Shown in pieces: positions 17,101 through 32,100 of a DNA stretch of 64,000 nt; position 1 is the stretch's first letter, and each line of letters opens with the position of its first letter. The stretch lies in IMG/VR virus record IMGVR_UViG_3300022074_000029, positions 4,169 through 68,168 of that record. One strand, given 5' to 3'. The notes under the pieces were generated by a model. That model was not told the origin of the DNA. It did no database searches and saw only the letters and a program-made list of their open reading frames with translations. A program made the translations under genes and the position numbers. This stretch comes from a virus.

Positions 17101-20100
17101 CCCAATTTTGTTCAACGGAACGTTTGAAGTAACATCTAGAGATAGTACAACAGTATTCCAATATAATTTACCACAACCTGCAACAGTTATTCCACAAGGA
17201 AATATTCTTGTATCTGTTGACTTGAATAAAGGTAAATCTAATGATACACCTGTATTAAATGCTATAGGACCTTATACAACTAACGTTCAAAACTCTTTCT
17301 TCAATACTACTCACGTTTACGTTGCATCTACAGGTATTCCAAACTATATTATAGGACCATTTCCTGGTTCTGCACTATTACCAGGCAACCAACGTAAATT
17401 AAACAGGTTCCCTCTTGTTCCTGTCACTATATCTACAAAAGATGCTATTAGTCCTGGTCCAATTGGAACTTGGGTAAATGGTGTTTCAATTTGGTCTTAC
17501 AAGTCTAGTATTAAGAAAACATTTGGTGCTGTTACTTCCATTAATATTACAAATGCAGGTAAAGGATATGATGCTGCATTCCCTCCAACTATTACTGTTT
17601 CTGGTGGTAGTGGAACTGGAGCAACTGCATCTGTTGTTGTCAATGGATCAATCTCTGAGATCACAGTCACAGCAAGCGGTTCTGGGTATACATCTTCTCC
17701 TCTAGTTTCTATAGTTGGTGGAGGAGGTTCTGGTGCTGCTGCAACTGCGATTATCACTAAAGGTGTTGTATCTAGAATTTTGATTAATGATGGAGGAACA
17801 GGATATACATCACAACCTGCAATTACTATTGTTGGTGGTGGAGGATCTGGTGCAACAGGAACAGCAAACGTTAGAGGTCCGATTCAATCTATTGCTGTAA
17901 CAAGTGGTGGTGCTTCATATACATCTAAACCTAGTATCGTATTAAGTTCTGGATCAGGTGCTGTTGCACAAGCAATTGTACAGAATGGTCGTATTATATC
18001 AATCGCTATTATTTCTGCAGGATTTGGTTATACTACTGCTCCTGAGATTGGTATTCAAGGTGATGGTTTTGGTGCTGTTGCAAGAGCAACTATTGATGTT
18101 GATGGTGAAAATGCTGGTAGAGTTACTGGTATCACTATTGTTAACAGAGGTATTGGATATATTCAAGGAACAACTATTATTAATTTGACCTCTGTTGGTC
18201 AAGATGCTGCATTTAGTGCGAACGTATTTGAGTGGACATATAACTTACAAGAAACAACTTCTCTAGATGCTGCTAAAGGTGGAGTATTTGACGGATTTAA
18301 TATTCAATATGGTGGTGAATATGCTCACCCATCTAATCCTCAAACTTTAAGATATATTCTTGGTGACAACCTATTCAAGAATACTCAACAACAAATTAAA
18401 GAACAGGAAACTCAATTAGTTCACTCACCTATTATTGGATGGGCATTTGATGGTAACCCAATTTATGGTCCTTATGGATACTCAGATCCTACTGATCAGA
18501 ACTCTTCTGTTGCAAGATTAAACACTTCATATCGTTTGAAGACAAATCTTGTATATGATGCAAATACAAACCCATATCCCGTAAGAACTGCTGGTCCTCT
18601 TCTTACTGCAGAAGTAGCAGGTAAATTTGTTGAAGATTATGAATACATCTTTAGTTTAGGTGATTTAGATCAGTATAATGGTCGTTTCTGTAAAACACCA
18701 GAATATCCTACTGGTAGATATTGTTACTTCGTTACTATTGATACTACAGAAGATGGTAACCCACTTTTCCCTTATATTCTTGGTCCTAGTTTTAACTCTG
18801 TTGTTGATACTTGGAACTTGTCAGCAAGTGCTGTTCAGCAAAATATTCCTACTGGTGTTGTTAGATATCGTGATCCTTATGAGAACGTTGATATTGACGT
18901 TGAGAGGGCACCAAATGCCTCTACAAACGCTCTAACTACTGAAGGGGGTGATATACTCCTATTCGAGATAGAAGACGAAGATAGAAGCGGTGTGATTGAA
19001 CAGGCAGAAATTGATGATCCTGATCAAATCTTTGAAGAATCACCTTTACAACTTTTCGATTACTTCCCTAAAGTTAAACTTGATTCTAAAGTTGATATTG
19101 AAGTTGAAACTATCACTAAATTTGAAGATGCTTCTGTAACTGGATTTACTATTGAAAACTCAGGTTTATCTTATCAGGTTGATGACCGTTTAATCTTTGA
19201 TAATGATGGTACTGATGGAACAGGTGTTTCTGGTCGTATTTCTAGAATTGTCGGTGAAAGTGTTTTAACATATGGATTTGAGAATGTTAATGGTGATAAT
19301 TTTGGTGTATTAAAGACTACTAACCCACACAACCTAGTGGCAGGTGATACAGTCTTTATTGACTATGAACCTATCATGAACAACACAAATAAAACATTTG
19401 TTGTTCGTCAATTTAAAGGTATTGAAGAAATTGTTGTAAATCAAACTGGTTCTGGTTATAATAGTGATATACCTCCAGTAATTACGATTGTTCCTAGAGA
19501 TAATTTAGGAAAGTCTGCTAGTTTACAAGCAGTTGTAACCAGTGTTGGTTCTATTGACACAGTTAATATTCTTAACTCTGGATCTGGTTATACACAGAAT
19601 CCTCGTGTTATCCTATCACATCCTCAAATCTTTAAGAAAGCAGATTACTATGTTTCTAAGATTGAGAATCAAAATTATGTAAAAGTTAATGACGTTGTTG
19701 TTAACACAGATAAAGAAGTTTATATTTGTGGTATCACTCAAGACGCTAGTGGTAATAAAGTTGGATTTGTTGCAAAATTATCTGCAACTGGTGTTAAAGA
19801 ATGGCAGAAAACTTTAGAGAGTACAGCTGGAACTTATTACACGGAATTTGAAAAACTTTATGTTGATGGCACTAGCATTTGGGTTGTTGGTAACAATAGA
19901 CCCAACAGTAGTCTTTTGGATGCCTATAATCCTGATATAATCCTTGCAAAATATACTGAAGCAGCAAATGGTTTAAGTGCCACATTAGACTTCCAAAAAG
20001 CATATGCAGGTATTTCTGGTGCAACTCGTGCAGATCATGTAACTGCTATTCAAAAATATTCTGATACTAGATTTATTATTGGTGGTTTTACTAATACTAA

Positions 20101-23100
20101 CTCTGGTAATCCTTATGATGCATATCTTGCCTTTATTGATACTAGCGGTAACTTCTCTATTAAAAGAAAAATTGCTACAGCAAATGCTTCTGAAAAAATT
20201 ACAGATATTATTATTAATGGCACAGATGTTTATTTCTCAATGGAGACTGCAGTATCTTCAACTGCTACTGCTGTTAACGCTGCATTTGGTAAAGCAACTG
20301 TCGGAACAATTGATATTTCAGTCGCTTGGATCAAAGAATATACAAATACTCTATATTCATTCTTTAATACCTCTTGTTGTATTGATGAATTCCAAGAAGT
20401 TTATCTTACATCAACTCTTAGATTAAAATCAAATAATACAACTCAAGATAGTTACTGGGTTGGTAAAGTTGATACTGATGGTGATTTAATTTGGAATTAT
20501 CGTTATCTAGTTTCTAATGGTCAAATTACAATGGCAGGCAAGTGCACCATTGATATTTTTGGAGATCTTAACTTAACATTTGGTAAAACTGCTACTACAG
20601 ATAGTCTTAAGACAGTTGAAAGTGTAAAAATTGGATATGATGGTGTAATTAAAAATCATACTACCAATCAATTCAATCTTAAGAATATTGAAGGTATTAC
20701 ACCTTATAGTCTTGCTACTGATACTTCTGGCGACATTCATATCTTTGGTCAGAGTTCTTGGAATAGAAATGAGTTTATATTCCCATTCACTTCTGGTGCA
20801 ATTACAGATACTACAGGACATTATACATTAACAAATACTAATACAAGTGGATCTGTTACTCTTGCTGATAATGTTGCTAAGATTTATGGATATCAAACTG
20901 GACAATCAACTTGGACTCAGGGTAATCTTCAAATTACCTCTGCTCAATTAGGTACTAGGTTAAACGATAGTTGGACTCTTGAGATGATGCTGTATAAAGA
21001 TTCTACAGTAACATCACTATCTCAAACTATACAAACAATATTTGCTATTGGCGATGCTGAAGATGCTACTGGTGGACTTTGGTTGTATTATGATACATCT
21101 TCTGGAAATCTAGAACTTAAAGTTACTAATAGTTCTACTAAGTTAAATGCTGCTGGTAGTGCATTACAATCTGGTTCATCAACCATGTATGCTAATAATA
21201 CATGGCAATTTATATCTCTTGTTAAGAATGGAAATGTATTCACTGCTTATGTCAATGGTATACAGGCACTTACTGGTACTATTGCAAGCACAGCATTAGG
21301 TAGTAAAGATCTTTATATTGGTAATATTCCTGGTAGGACTGCAACACCAGGTCAATTCCGTGTTAATGAGCAAGGACAATACTTTGTTGATAATTTGAGA
21401 TTAAGAAACAGAGCAATTACTCCAACAGTTCCTACTGATGTAACTGCATTCCCGACTGCTGGTGCATTTGCCTTTGCATATACTTGGACTGACACTGCAT
21501 GGTTTACAACTAATCTTAATCAATATGATTATATCGATTATACTGGTTGGGGTATTAAAGTTGATAAGAATGCTGATGCAGCAAGAATTGGAACTTATGC
21601 ATTACAAACAAATACACAAGTAGGTTTTATTAGAACAAATGTAACACCTGTAACTGGATCTACTCTTACTATAGTATCTACAGGTTTGAATTTAGGTGAC
21701 GCAGGTTTCCAAAACTTAGACTTTGATGATGCTACAACAACTATGTCTCAAGATACTGAGACACTTACATACACACAAGATGTATGGAGTTCTAGAACTG
21801 CTACAGTTCCTTCACCAGGTTCTCAAAAGTTATCAGTTACTGCAGTTGTTAAAGACAGATATTACTTTAAAATAACACCTACTCTTAAGATAGATAACGT
21901 TCAAGAATTAACTCTTAATCAATCATTTAGATTTACAACTGGTGCAAAACTAAGACTTAACAATGATGCTGGCACATTTGTTAACTCTGGATATATTGTA
22001 AAACAAGATACTACTAATAATAAGATATATCTTGCTATTAACAATAATGACTGGACTAATGACACAGCGACTGGTTTATTAGTTACAGAACAGTTTAGTG
22101 AGCAATCTTCTTATGGTATTGTTGGTCCTATTCCTAACGATATTAATGAAATTGTAGCATTTACTTTTGCTAACGTTAATAATACAACACCAGGTACATT
22201 TGATATTGATTTAAACAGTTACAATCATCCTGAGGGTGGTAGTAATAACTTAGATGAACTTGCTAAGTTTAAACCTCATAGTGATATTGATTACTCTATT
22301 AGAATTGATGAAATAACTACTGGATCACCATTCATTGTAGGATCTGTTGTATTCATTACTGCTTCTGATATTTCATTCAACGCTGCATATACTACAGCAC
22401 AAATTACAAACTTAACTGCTGTTACTAAGATTACATTAGTAGCAAATCTAACTAAGAGATTACAGGTTTCATCTGTTGCTAATAGTGATGAAGTTTATGT
22501 TATTACTTCAAACAGTCACTATCTAAATGCTAATGAAATGTTATTCATTGATGGTAACCCAACTCAAACTGTTGGTGCTACAACATATGATGAATATGAT
22601 GGATCATTCTCAGTTGACAGAGTAATTAGTTCTAAAGAATTTGTATATAAACTTCCACAGGCAGCAGTTACTTCACCTGCTACAACAGGATCTAGTGTCA
22701 ATATCTTTGTCAAATCACCTGTTATCAAAATGTATAACGGTCACCAATATCTGTTTGACTTAAGTCATTCTTCAATGCTTGGTGGTAACTTATCATTCTC
22801 TAAAGATAACTTAAACAAACTTGAATATTCATTCAACTCTATTGAACGTGTTGGAACTCCTGGTGTTACTGGAGAGGGTGTCACTTCACCTACAGTAAAA
22901 CTAAAAGTTGATTCCTCTATTGTTACTAATATTTCATACTACTTTGATCCTTCTAGAACAGGAACTGATTCACCAATTGTAGAAGGTAGTTACTTAGATG
23001 TTACTAATTCACCTTATCTTGGAAATTTCGTAATTACTAGTACTTCTGGTCAAACTATTACTCGTGGTGCAGATACTTTCAAATTCTCTCTTGTAAATGA

Positions 23101-26100
23101 ACCTGAGGGTGCTGCTGATATTACACAGGCAACTTATACAACAAGTTCTAAGAAAGCAGTTGGATCTATTGGTGCTGTTCGTATTGTAAACTCTGGTGGA
23201 TTCTATACAAGATTACCTATTATTACTTCAATCCAATCAAATAGACAGATTGAACGAGTTGCTATTAATACACCAGGTACTGAATATGCTGTAGGTGTTT
23301 ATAATGGAGTTCCTATCGGTGGTGATGGTGAAGGTGGTCTAGTTCAAATCACAGTTGCTGATGGAACTGATGATAGCGGTGGAGTAATTCCTGGTCAAAT
23401 CAACTCTGTTGTAGTTACATCACCAGGTAAAGGTTATACAACTGCTACGATTGATATTGAAGCGATTGATGGTATTTTAGGAGCAGGTCTAGCTGGTTCT
23501 GGTGCAGAACTACAAGTTGTGATACCTGCGTTTGGTTCTGGTGCTTCTATCTTTACTAAAGGTGATAAAGTTGGTAAAATTAAGAAACTTAAAAACAATA
23601 ACTTTGGATATGATTATCCTCATGACTATACTTTACGTCCTGAGATTACATTCCCAATTAATGCTCAATTAACTAGCACATCTATACTTGCTAGTATTAC
23701 AGTAACCAATCCTGGTTCTGGTTATTCTCAAGCACCTACTGTTGTAATTACAGGTGGTGGTGGAAGTGGTGCTGTCGCTGAATCTACAATTAGAAATGGT
23801 AGACTAGATCAAATTTTAGTTAAGGATCCTGGTGCTGGTTATTCATCTACACCAACAGTTGCACTTAGATCTGCATTTAACTATGTTGTTAACCTTGATT
23901 TAGGTTTACTACAATTTGCTTTTCCACATGGTATTACTAGCGGTTCTGCTGTAACTGTAACTGTAACAGACACTGGTGATGGTGCAGAGTATCCTCTTGC
24001 TGCAGGTGCTGTTGGTCGTCTTAATGCAAGCACAACATACTATGCAATTGCTGGTGCTGCTAACTCACTTGAGGATGATCAATTAAAACTTGCTATTACT
24101 GCTTCTAACGCTGCATTAGGTGATGCTCTTTCTTTCGTTAACGCAGGTAATGGTAGACAAACAGTATTGACTGAATCATTTGGTGGTGCTGCCACAGCAA
24201 ACGTTGTTACATCTACGTTCCTTGAGGGTGAACTTGTTTATCAGGGTGATAGTCTTGAAACTGCTACTGCACAAGGATATGTTTCTACTAACCAAGGTTG
24301 GCAGATTGGACCTAGAATTATTAAGATTGTTGATTATACTGGTGATTTTTCTGAAGGTCAAAAAGTAACTGGTGTTATTTCTAAGTCTTCAGGTACTATT
24401 AGTGATCTAAACATTGCTAAAGGTGTTCTTGAGATTGGTTCTATCACCAAGACTACAGGTCAATTTATCGATGATGTTGGTAAACCATCTGAAATTATTC
24501 AAAAGATTCAAGATAGTTACTATTATCAAGACTTCTCTTATGCAATTAAGTCTGCTGTTTCTATTGGTGAATGGAAAGATATTCTTATCAAGAACGTTCA
24601 TCCCGCATCATTTAAAGTATTTGGTGAATTAAATCTTTCTGATTATGGATCTATTCCTAACAAAACTACAGATTTCCAAATTACAAAATCTGTTGAACTT
24701 GCTAGAGAAGCAATCGTTCCTAACATTCAGAACTTTGCTTTAGTTGAACCAATCTACTCAGAGTTTAATAATACAGAAGTATTGTTTAGACAGAAACGAT
24801 TAACATCTTCTGAGAATATTTTAACTTCTGTTGTTCAAAGATTAGATGATATTTCTAATCTATTTGATGGTGAAAGAATATCATTCCCTCTAACAGTTAA
24901 TCAACAAAACGTTGTTGCTAACGCTAATCAGTTAATGATTGTGTTAAACGGTGTTACACAAAACCCTGGCACATCATTCCAAATTCAAAGTGATTCTATT
25001 GTATTCTCTGAACCACCTCAACCTCCTGCAAGTATTAAGTATGTCAATGTTACTATAAATCAAATTGGAACTAAGGATCTTACATTTACAAATATTAGTG
25101 GTATTTTCCCTAATGTAGGTAATACTTTAACAGGTACTGTTTCTGGTTCTAGGTTAACTGTTACTAAAGTTCTTGGAAATACAATTTCTGGTTTCGTAAC
25201 GGAAGGAACATTTGTTGTTGGAGAACTTGTTAACGTTGGTGCTACTGGATTTGCTGCTAACATTGCTGCTGTAACTGATGTTGTAAGTAATGGATTATAT
25301 GCTTTTGGTGAGACAGTTACTAACCTTACATCTGATACTGCTATTGTTGAGCAAATTAACTTAGCAACTGGTCAAGAAACACCTTTAGCACAGTTAAGAT
25401 ATACTGTTGGTCCTTCTACCGCTTCAATTGAAGTCGTTGCATATAAAGTAGTTAATTCAGATGCTGATGCTGTTGTTCCTCTTAATACATTTACAGTAAC
25501 TAAAAACTATCAGTTTGGTGCTGAAATATTCAGAGTTGATTCTATTACACAAAATAGTAATTCTACAACTCTTGGAGTTACAAGAGCACAGAGTGGATCT
25601 GCTGCTGCATCTCAACAAGAATTTACTCCTGTATATGGAACTGATATATCGGTTACTACTTTCTTAACTTTAAGTAAAACTGCTGGTACCTATCAATCTA
25701 CACCTGGTTTATTTGATATTCAATTAAACGATTACATTATTGGTGCTTCATCTGGTGTTGTATCTCAGATTACTGCAACTTCTGCATATCAAGATACCAC
25801 TACAAACGAATTTATTAGTCAGATTAATATTTCAGAAGGTTCTTCATTCTTTGGTCTGTTATTCAACAGAATTACATCACAAACATATCCTAACGTAGTT
25901 CTTGACAATATTTCACAGTCTCAAGTAAGTATCGTACAATTCCAAGATAATACAACTGCATTTGACTTGGACTTCCCAAATAATGAGATTCTAAACAGTT
26001 ATATAATTCCTTACGATAATCTTGTTACTGGTCCTATTCAACAAGATGAAGATATCCGTAATTACAAGTTTGATTATGGTAATGCAAGTGGAGACTTTAA

Positions 26101-29100
26101 TGTTGGTGAAATTGTTAATGTAAGAAAACTTGTATTTAAAGATAGAGTCGGAGATGGTTTCTTTGCTGCAGGTCAAGTAATTAGAACAACGGATACTAAG
26201 GCAGAAGTTATTGGATATAGTCAAGCAAGAAGCACTGTATATCTTGGTAAGATTGGTAGAACTCAATCTACTGGCGAAGATTATCATGTTGCAACATTTA
26301 CCAAAGCAACAATCAATACTGCTAATAAGAAATTTGGACAAGCATGTTTAGCATTAACACCTGGTCTTTCTCCTCATACTTTCACAAGTGGTGTAACTGA
26401 TGCTATTACTGCAAGTAATGGAGCAACTGGATCATTCACTGCTGCTACTGGAACTACTTACAACCCAGTGACAGGTGATATGGTTCTTGAGATTGGAACC
26501 CATACTTTAACTACATCAAATAAAGTGACTATCGCTGATGGTGGTGTCACATTTACATGTGCACAAGATGGTAATACTTCTGGAAAAGCATATCCTAGAG
26601 CAACTGATCCTGCCTCTGGATCTGCCCTTACTATCACTGCAGTTACAACTACTACAATCACAGTTGGTGTAGGTGTCGCATCTCCGATAGATGAGTATAT
26701 TAGTATTCCTTCTTCTACTGAATTTGCATTTGGATCAGGAGCATTTACTATTGAGTGTTGGGTTAAACCATTATCTGCATCTCTAACGGGTGAAAAAAAT
26801 ATTATTGATACTAGAGCAAGTGGTGCTACTGAAGTTGCAGGTCGTTTATATCTTAATGCTGCTCAATTACGTTGGCATGTGAATGGTAGTGATCTTGTTA
26901 ACACAGGTTCAACAGTACTTACTGCTGACACTTGGTATCATGTCGCAGTTGTTAAATCTTCTACAACTACTAAAATCTATATCGATGGTGTAGAAAGAGG
27001 AACAGGTACTGACTCTACAACATATACTGCCAAACCAATTAGAGTTGGTATGGATTATAACGCTGCTAATGGATTTGCAGGTTATATTGATGAGTTAAGA
27101 GTATCTAACACAAACCGCTACACAGGTGCCTTCACTGCTCCTCTAGGGGTCTTCCAAGGTGATGCTAATACAAAACTACTATTCCACTTTGATGGTGCTA
27201 ATGGTGATCAATTTACACAAGACTGGTCAGGTACACAATCATTCACTAAGGGTGAAGACTTTAATAATGATGCCATTCTTGCAACATCTAGAGTAACTGG
27301 TGCACCAGCTGGATTTGCTTCTAAATCACAAAGATATTACGATGCTGCTGATCTAATCATTGCAAACAGCGACTTCATTAAGAAAGAAGTTGTTTATCAA
27401 ATGAGACAGAGATATCCTGAGTTAGTAATCTTAGGAACTCGTTATACACCGACTGCTGCAACTTATGATGCTGCTACTGGTCTATTGTCTATGACAGTGA
27501 CTGGTAACAATCTAGTAAATGGTGGAACAATAACTCCTCAGACAGCAACATACAACGCTGCTACTGGTGTGATGGTAATTACTAAGTTGGCACATGGTCT
27601 TAAGAATGGTCAGAGAGTTAATATTAAGGTTGGTGGTGTTACATTCACTTGCACACAAGATAGTGGTGCATCAGAACATGCATACCCAAGATCAACAGAT
27701 CCTGTAGCTGGTCAATGGATACCAGTTGCTAACGTAACTGATCACACATTTGAAGTAAATGTTGGTGCATCTCCATCTGGTCAGCAATATACACATACAT
27801 TTGTTTCTGCTCTTGCTAATGGAATTACTGTTGAGAAAGATAGAATTAAAATTAATGATGGTGCATTGACATTTACTTGTGCTATGGATAGCAATGGTTC
27901 TAATAAAACATATCCTCGTGCAACAGATCCAGCATCTAAAGATGTTGCTCTTCCAATCGTATCTTCTAGCACTACTAATTTAACAGTTAATGTTGGACCT
28001 TCTCCTTTAGTTAATTTCCAACCAACTAACGCAACTTACGATCCTGCAACTGGTGCATTCGTAATGACGATTGCAAATCATACAATCAACGTTGGAACTG
28101 ATATTAGATTGACTGCAGATTCATTTACGTTTACTTGTACTCAAGATGGTAACAGTGCACAGAAGACTTATCCTCGTGCAACTGCTGGTGATGGATCTCC
28201 TGATCCTGCATATAATACTGCTCTTGCAGTTACTGCAGTTGGAACAACAACTCAGGATGTTAGTTCTGCATCTTACGATCCTGCAACTGGTATTTTAACA
28301 ATCAATACTAACTCTGCCCATTCATTATCAACTGGTAATAGAGTTCAAATTGCTGATAATTCTCTTACATTCACTTGTGCTTATGATAGCAACGCTACAA
28401 ACCATACATATCCAAGACAAACTGATCCTATTAGAGGAGAATGGGTTGAAGTAACTGTTGTTGATTCTGATACATTTACAATTGATGTTGGAACATCTAG
28501 CGATACTTCTACACATTCTTTTGTATCTGCAACTGCTGGTGCACTAATCAAACAAACTGGAACTGTAACTATTAACGTTGGTGTTTCTGCTCAGGCAGAT
28601 CAATATGCACATACATTTGTATCTGCTGCAGCAAATGCAGTTGTTACTGGTGGTAACTACTTACATACATTTGTTTCTGCTGTTGCCAACAGTGTCATTG
28701 GTGATGAAGGTATTAACTGTGAAGATGATATTCGCGACACATTAAATGCGATTGTTCAAGATATTCGTAACGGATCAAATAATCATATTTGGGATGCTGC
28801 ATCCTACTATGTCAATAGAACAACTAACCCAGTTCAAATTGCACAGATTGAACCTGCAGTTAAGGAAACATTATTTGCTTATGAAAAAGTTGATGACATG
28901 CTTCAGTACATCATCACTAATACTTTATGGACAGTTCAAGGTGATCATGGATTAACACAGAAGACTGATACTACAATCACTGATTCTTCAAATCCATCAT
29001 ACACAAATTTTGATGTAACAAATGCAACTTATAATCCTGCAACAGGTGATATGGTGTTGACCATTGGAACTCATTCACTCACCACTTCCTCTAGAATTGA

Positions 29101-32100
29101 CCTTGCGATTGGTGGCATCGTATTTACATGCACTAAAGATGGTAACGCAAGTAACCATGCTTATCCTAGAGCAACTGATCCTGCTGCTAACGCTGTTCTT
29201 GCAGTTACTTCTGTTGTTGCAAACACATCTATCACAGTTAATGTTGGTGTATCTGGTGCAAATGATCAATATGCACATACCTTCGTATCTGCTGCTCAAA
29301 GTGTTGTTAGAGTTCTTGATTACTCAACAAGTGATTGTGCAGATGTATTCACAACTGTTGGTAACTTAATTAATATTCTCACAGATACAATCACCAATGC
29401 TTCTGCTAATACACCTGTTGATCATTTAGCAAGTGTTACTAAAGTTCTACCTGCATTTGAATTTGTAGGTGCAACAGTTGATTCGTTCTTAGATACAGAA
29501 TTCACTTCTTCATATCAAGATACTACTAATGATATTCTTTATACTAATCAAATTGATTCTGATACACGTTATAGATTTAGAGACGCTGCAAGATTAATTC
29601 GTTCCAATCGTTCTGTAATTGTTGATAAGGCAGCTGCTGATATGTTAACCAGATATCCAGCTCTTGCTCAGGATATGCCTAGAAATGCTAATGGTGGAAG
29701 TACAGATGGAACATTGCGTTGTAAGACTGACCTTGGATTGATTCTTGATGGTGTTGCTGATGATGTTGAGAACGATGGTAACTTAGGAACTATTACTGCT
29801 GCTAAGTTCTATATTGGCAATAGTGGTGAATTACTCCATATTCGTTTACAAGTATTCCAGTCAGTTTATGCACACGATCGTCTTGCTTACTATGCAAAAC
29901 AAGCAGTTTTAGGAACTTTAGATTATACAAATACTGATAATATTATTGTTGGAAACTGGGGAGTTACTGGTGCGGGTGTGGCTAATTACTTTGATGCTGT
30001 TACCACTTATATTGATACTTTAACTACAACTATTAATGACATAATCGCTCCTACAGCTATTGATTACAATATTGCTGCTGATAGATTATACTTCAACAGA
30101 CTTTGGATCAGAGAAGAAGTAACTGGATACACAATAAACAATTTCCAATACGATCTTAACAGTACAACTTATAACGCATTTACATATGGTGCTGGTCAAA
30201 AAGATATTGCTGAAGATGCTCTTGAAGATCTTCTATTAGCTATTATTTCCGACCTTCAAACAGGTGGAAGTAACTCCACTATTGCAGAGATGGAGAAGTA
30301 TCTAACTGCTACTTTAACTATTAACAATACAGTTCTTTCTGAGAAAGGACTTCCTGCTAGAATTTACTCTATTGAAAAAATGAAGACTATTGGTGAATAT
30401 GCATTGAAAAATTATGCATATCCCTCAACTTCTAATGAAACTGCACCAAATTACTCTGCCATATACACAGGACAAGCAGCTTATAGAGATTCTGAATCTC
30501 CTAGTGCCATCAATGATGTTGCATTTAGATTTAAAGAGTTGATTGATATTTCATTAAACATTCTCGCACCTGGTAGAAATGTTGCTAGAAGTGCTGCTAA
30601 GAATATTCAATATAATACAAACTACTATCAGAATGAAATTGGAAACCAAGTCAACGCTCAGTTTGGTAGCGGTTCTTGGGTATATGATTCATTCGTTGAA
30701 GAGTTAGTTGATAACTTTGTTGCTGATAGTATTACAACTGATATTACTAAAAAATCTGACGCATATACAATCACTCTAAGTGCTCAAAATGGAACTAACT
30801 TTGTTGTTGGTGAAGTTGTAACTTCTAGTGGTGGTGGAATAGCAACAGTACTAGAATGGGATCCAGAAAATGATTTACTATATGTTGGACCATTTACTTC
30901 AACAGCATGGGTAGCAACTAATACTCTTAGTGCTCCTAGCGGTGCAACAGGAACTATTGGAAGTGGTGGTGTAAGTAGTGCTTATACTTGGTATACTGAA
31001 CCTTCAAACGTTGAGTATCTTAAGAGTGCAAGATCTATTACTAGCAACATTGCAGGTCAAGTTTCTGGAACTAACCTTTGGACTAATCCAGAGGCATTTG
31101 GAACTAATTGGACTGCATCTAATCTTACTAAAACAGATAATGCTTTTGCAGGACCTGATGGAACAGTAACTTCAGAAAAATATGTTGGTCAAAGTGGTGT
31201 ATCAGGTAATCACATATTACACAGAGACTTCAGTTTGACTGCGTTTGAAACCTTTGATACTGACAGTGTTAAATTTGACTCTAGTGGTGAAACATTTGAT
31301 ACTGGTTCTACTAGCGATGTATCTCAAACATTTACTGCATCTGTATTCTTCAAAGCAGTTGGATCACAATCTATAAGATACAAATTACAACTTGATCAAG
31401 GACAAGCAGGTGAGCAGAATATATTCTTCGATCTAAATCTCACTAACGGAACTATCGGATCTCTATTCATACCTCAAGGTGGTATTACTGGAGATGCTTT
31501 TGGTGCAATTCCTTATGGTAATGGTTGGTATAGAGCATATATTACAGCAACATTCTCCTTCGGTTTCTCAAGTCTTAGAACTCAAGTAACAGTTAATAGT
31601 TCTACAGGTTCTGCTAGTTGGACTGGAGATGGAACAACTGGTGCATACTTCTGGGGTGCTAAACTTAATAAGGGTGCTGTAGACCCATACACAGCAGTTA
31701 GCGGACAGATATTCTATGCTAATACAGAATACAATATTAAGAACTATACTATTGATCTATTAGAAACTTACATGAGTCAAGCACTTGATAATACTCTTAC
31801 ATCCCCTTCACCAAATTCGGGATTCTATTCTTACTATGATTCTACTGCAGCAAGTGATTATGCTAAAGTTTCTGTTATGGGATTCGTTAGATATGGATTA
31901 AATATCATCCGTAATCAACTTGATGTTGATAGTTACTACACAACTGTCATACAAAATACTGGTATAACTGTTCCTACTAAAACATATGGAACTAGAGAGA
32001 TTCCTGTTGGAGTTTCTGGAGGAGTAACTGCATCAGATTATATTTACGGAATTGTAAGTAGTCAGTACGCTGAAATAGAAAATATAACTGAAAATACTGG

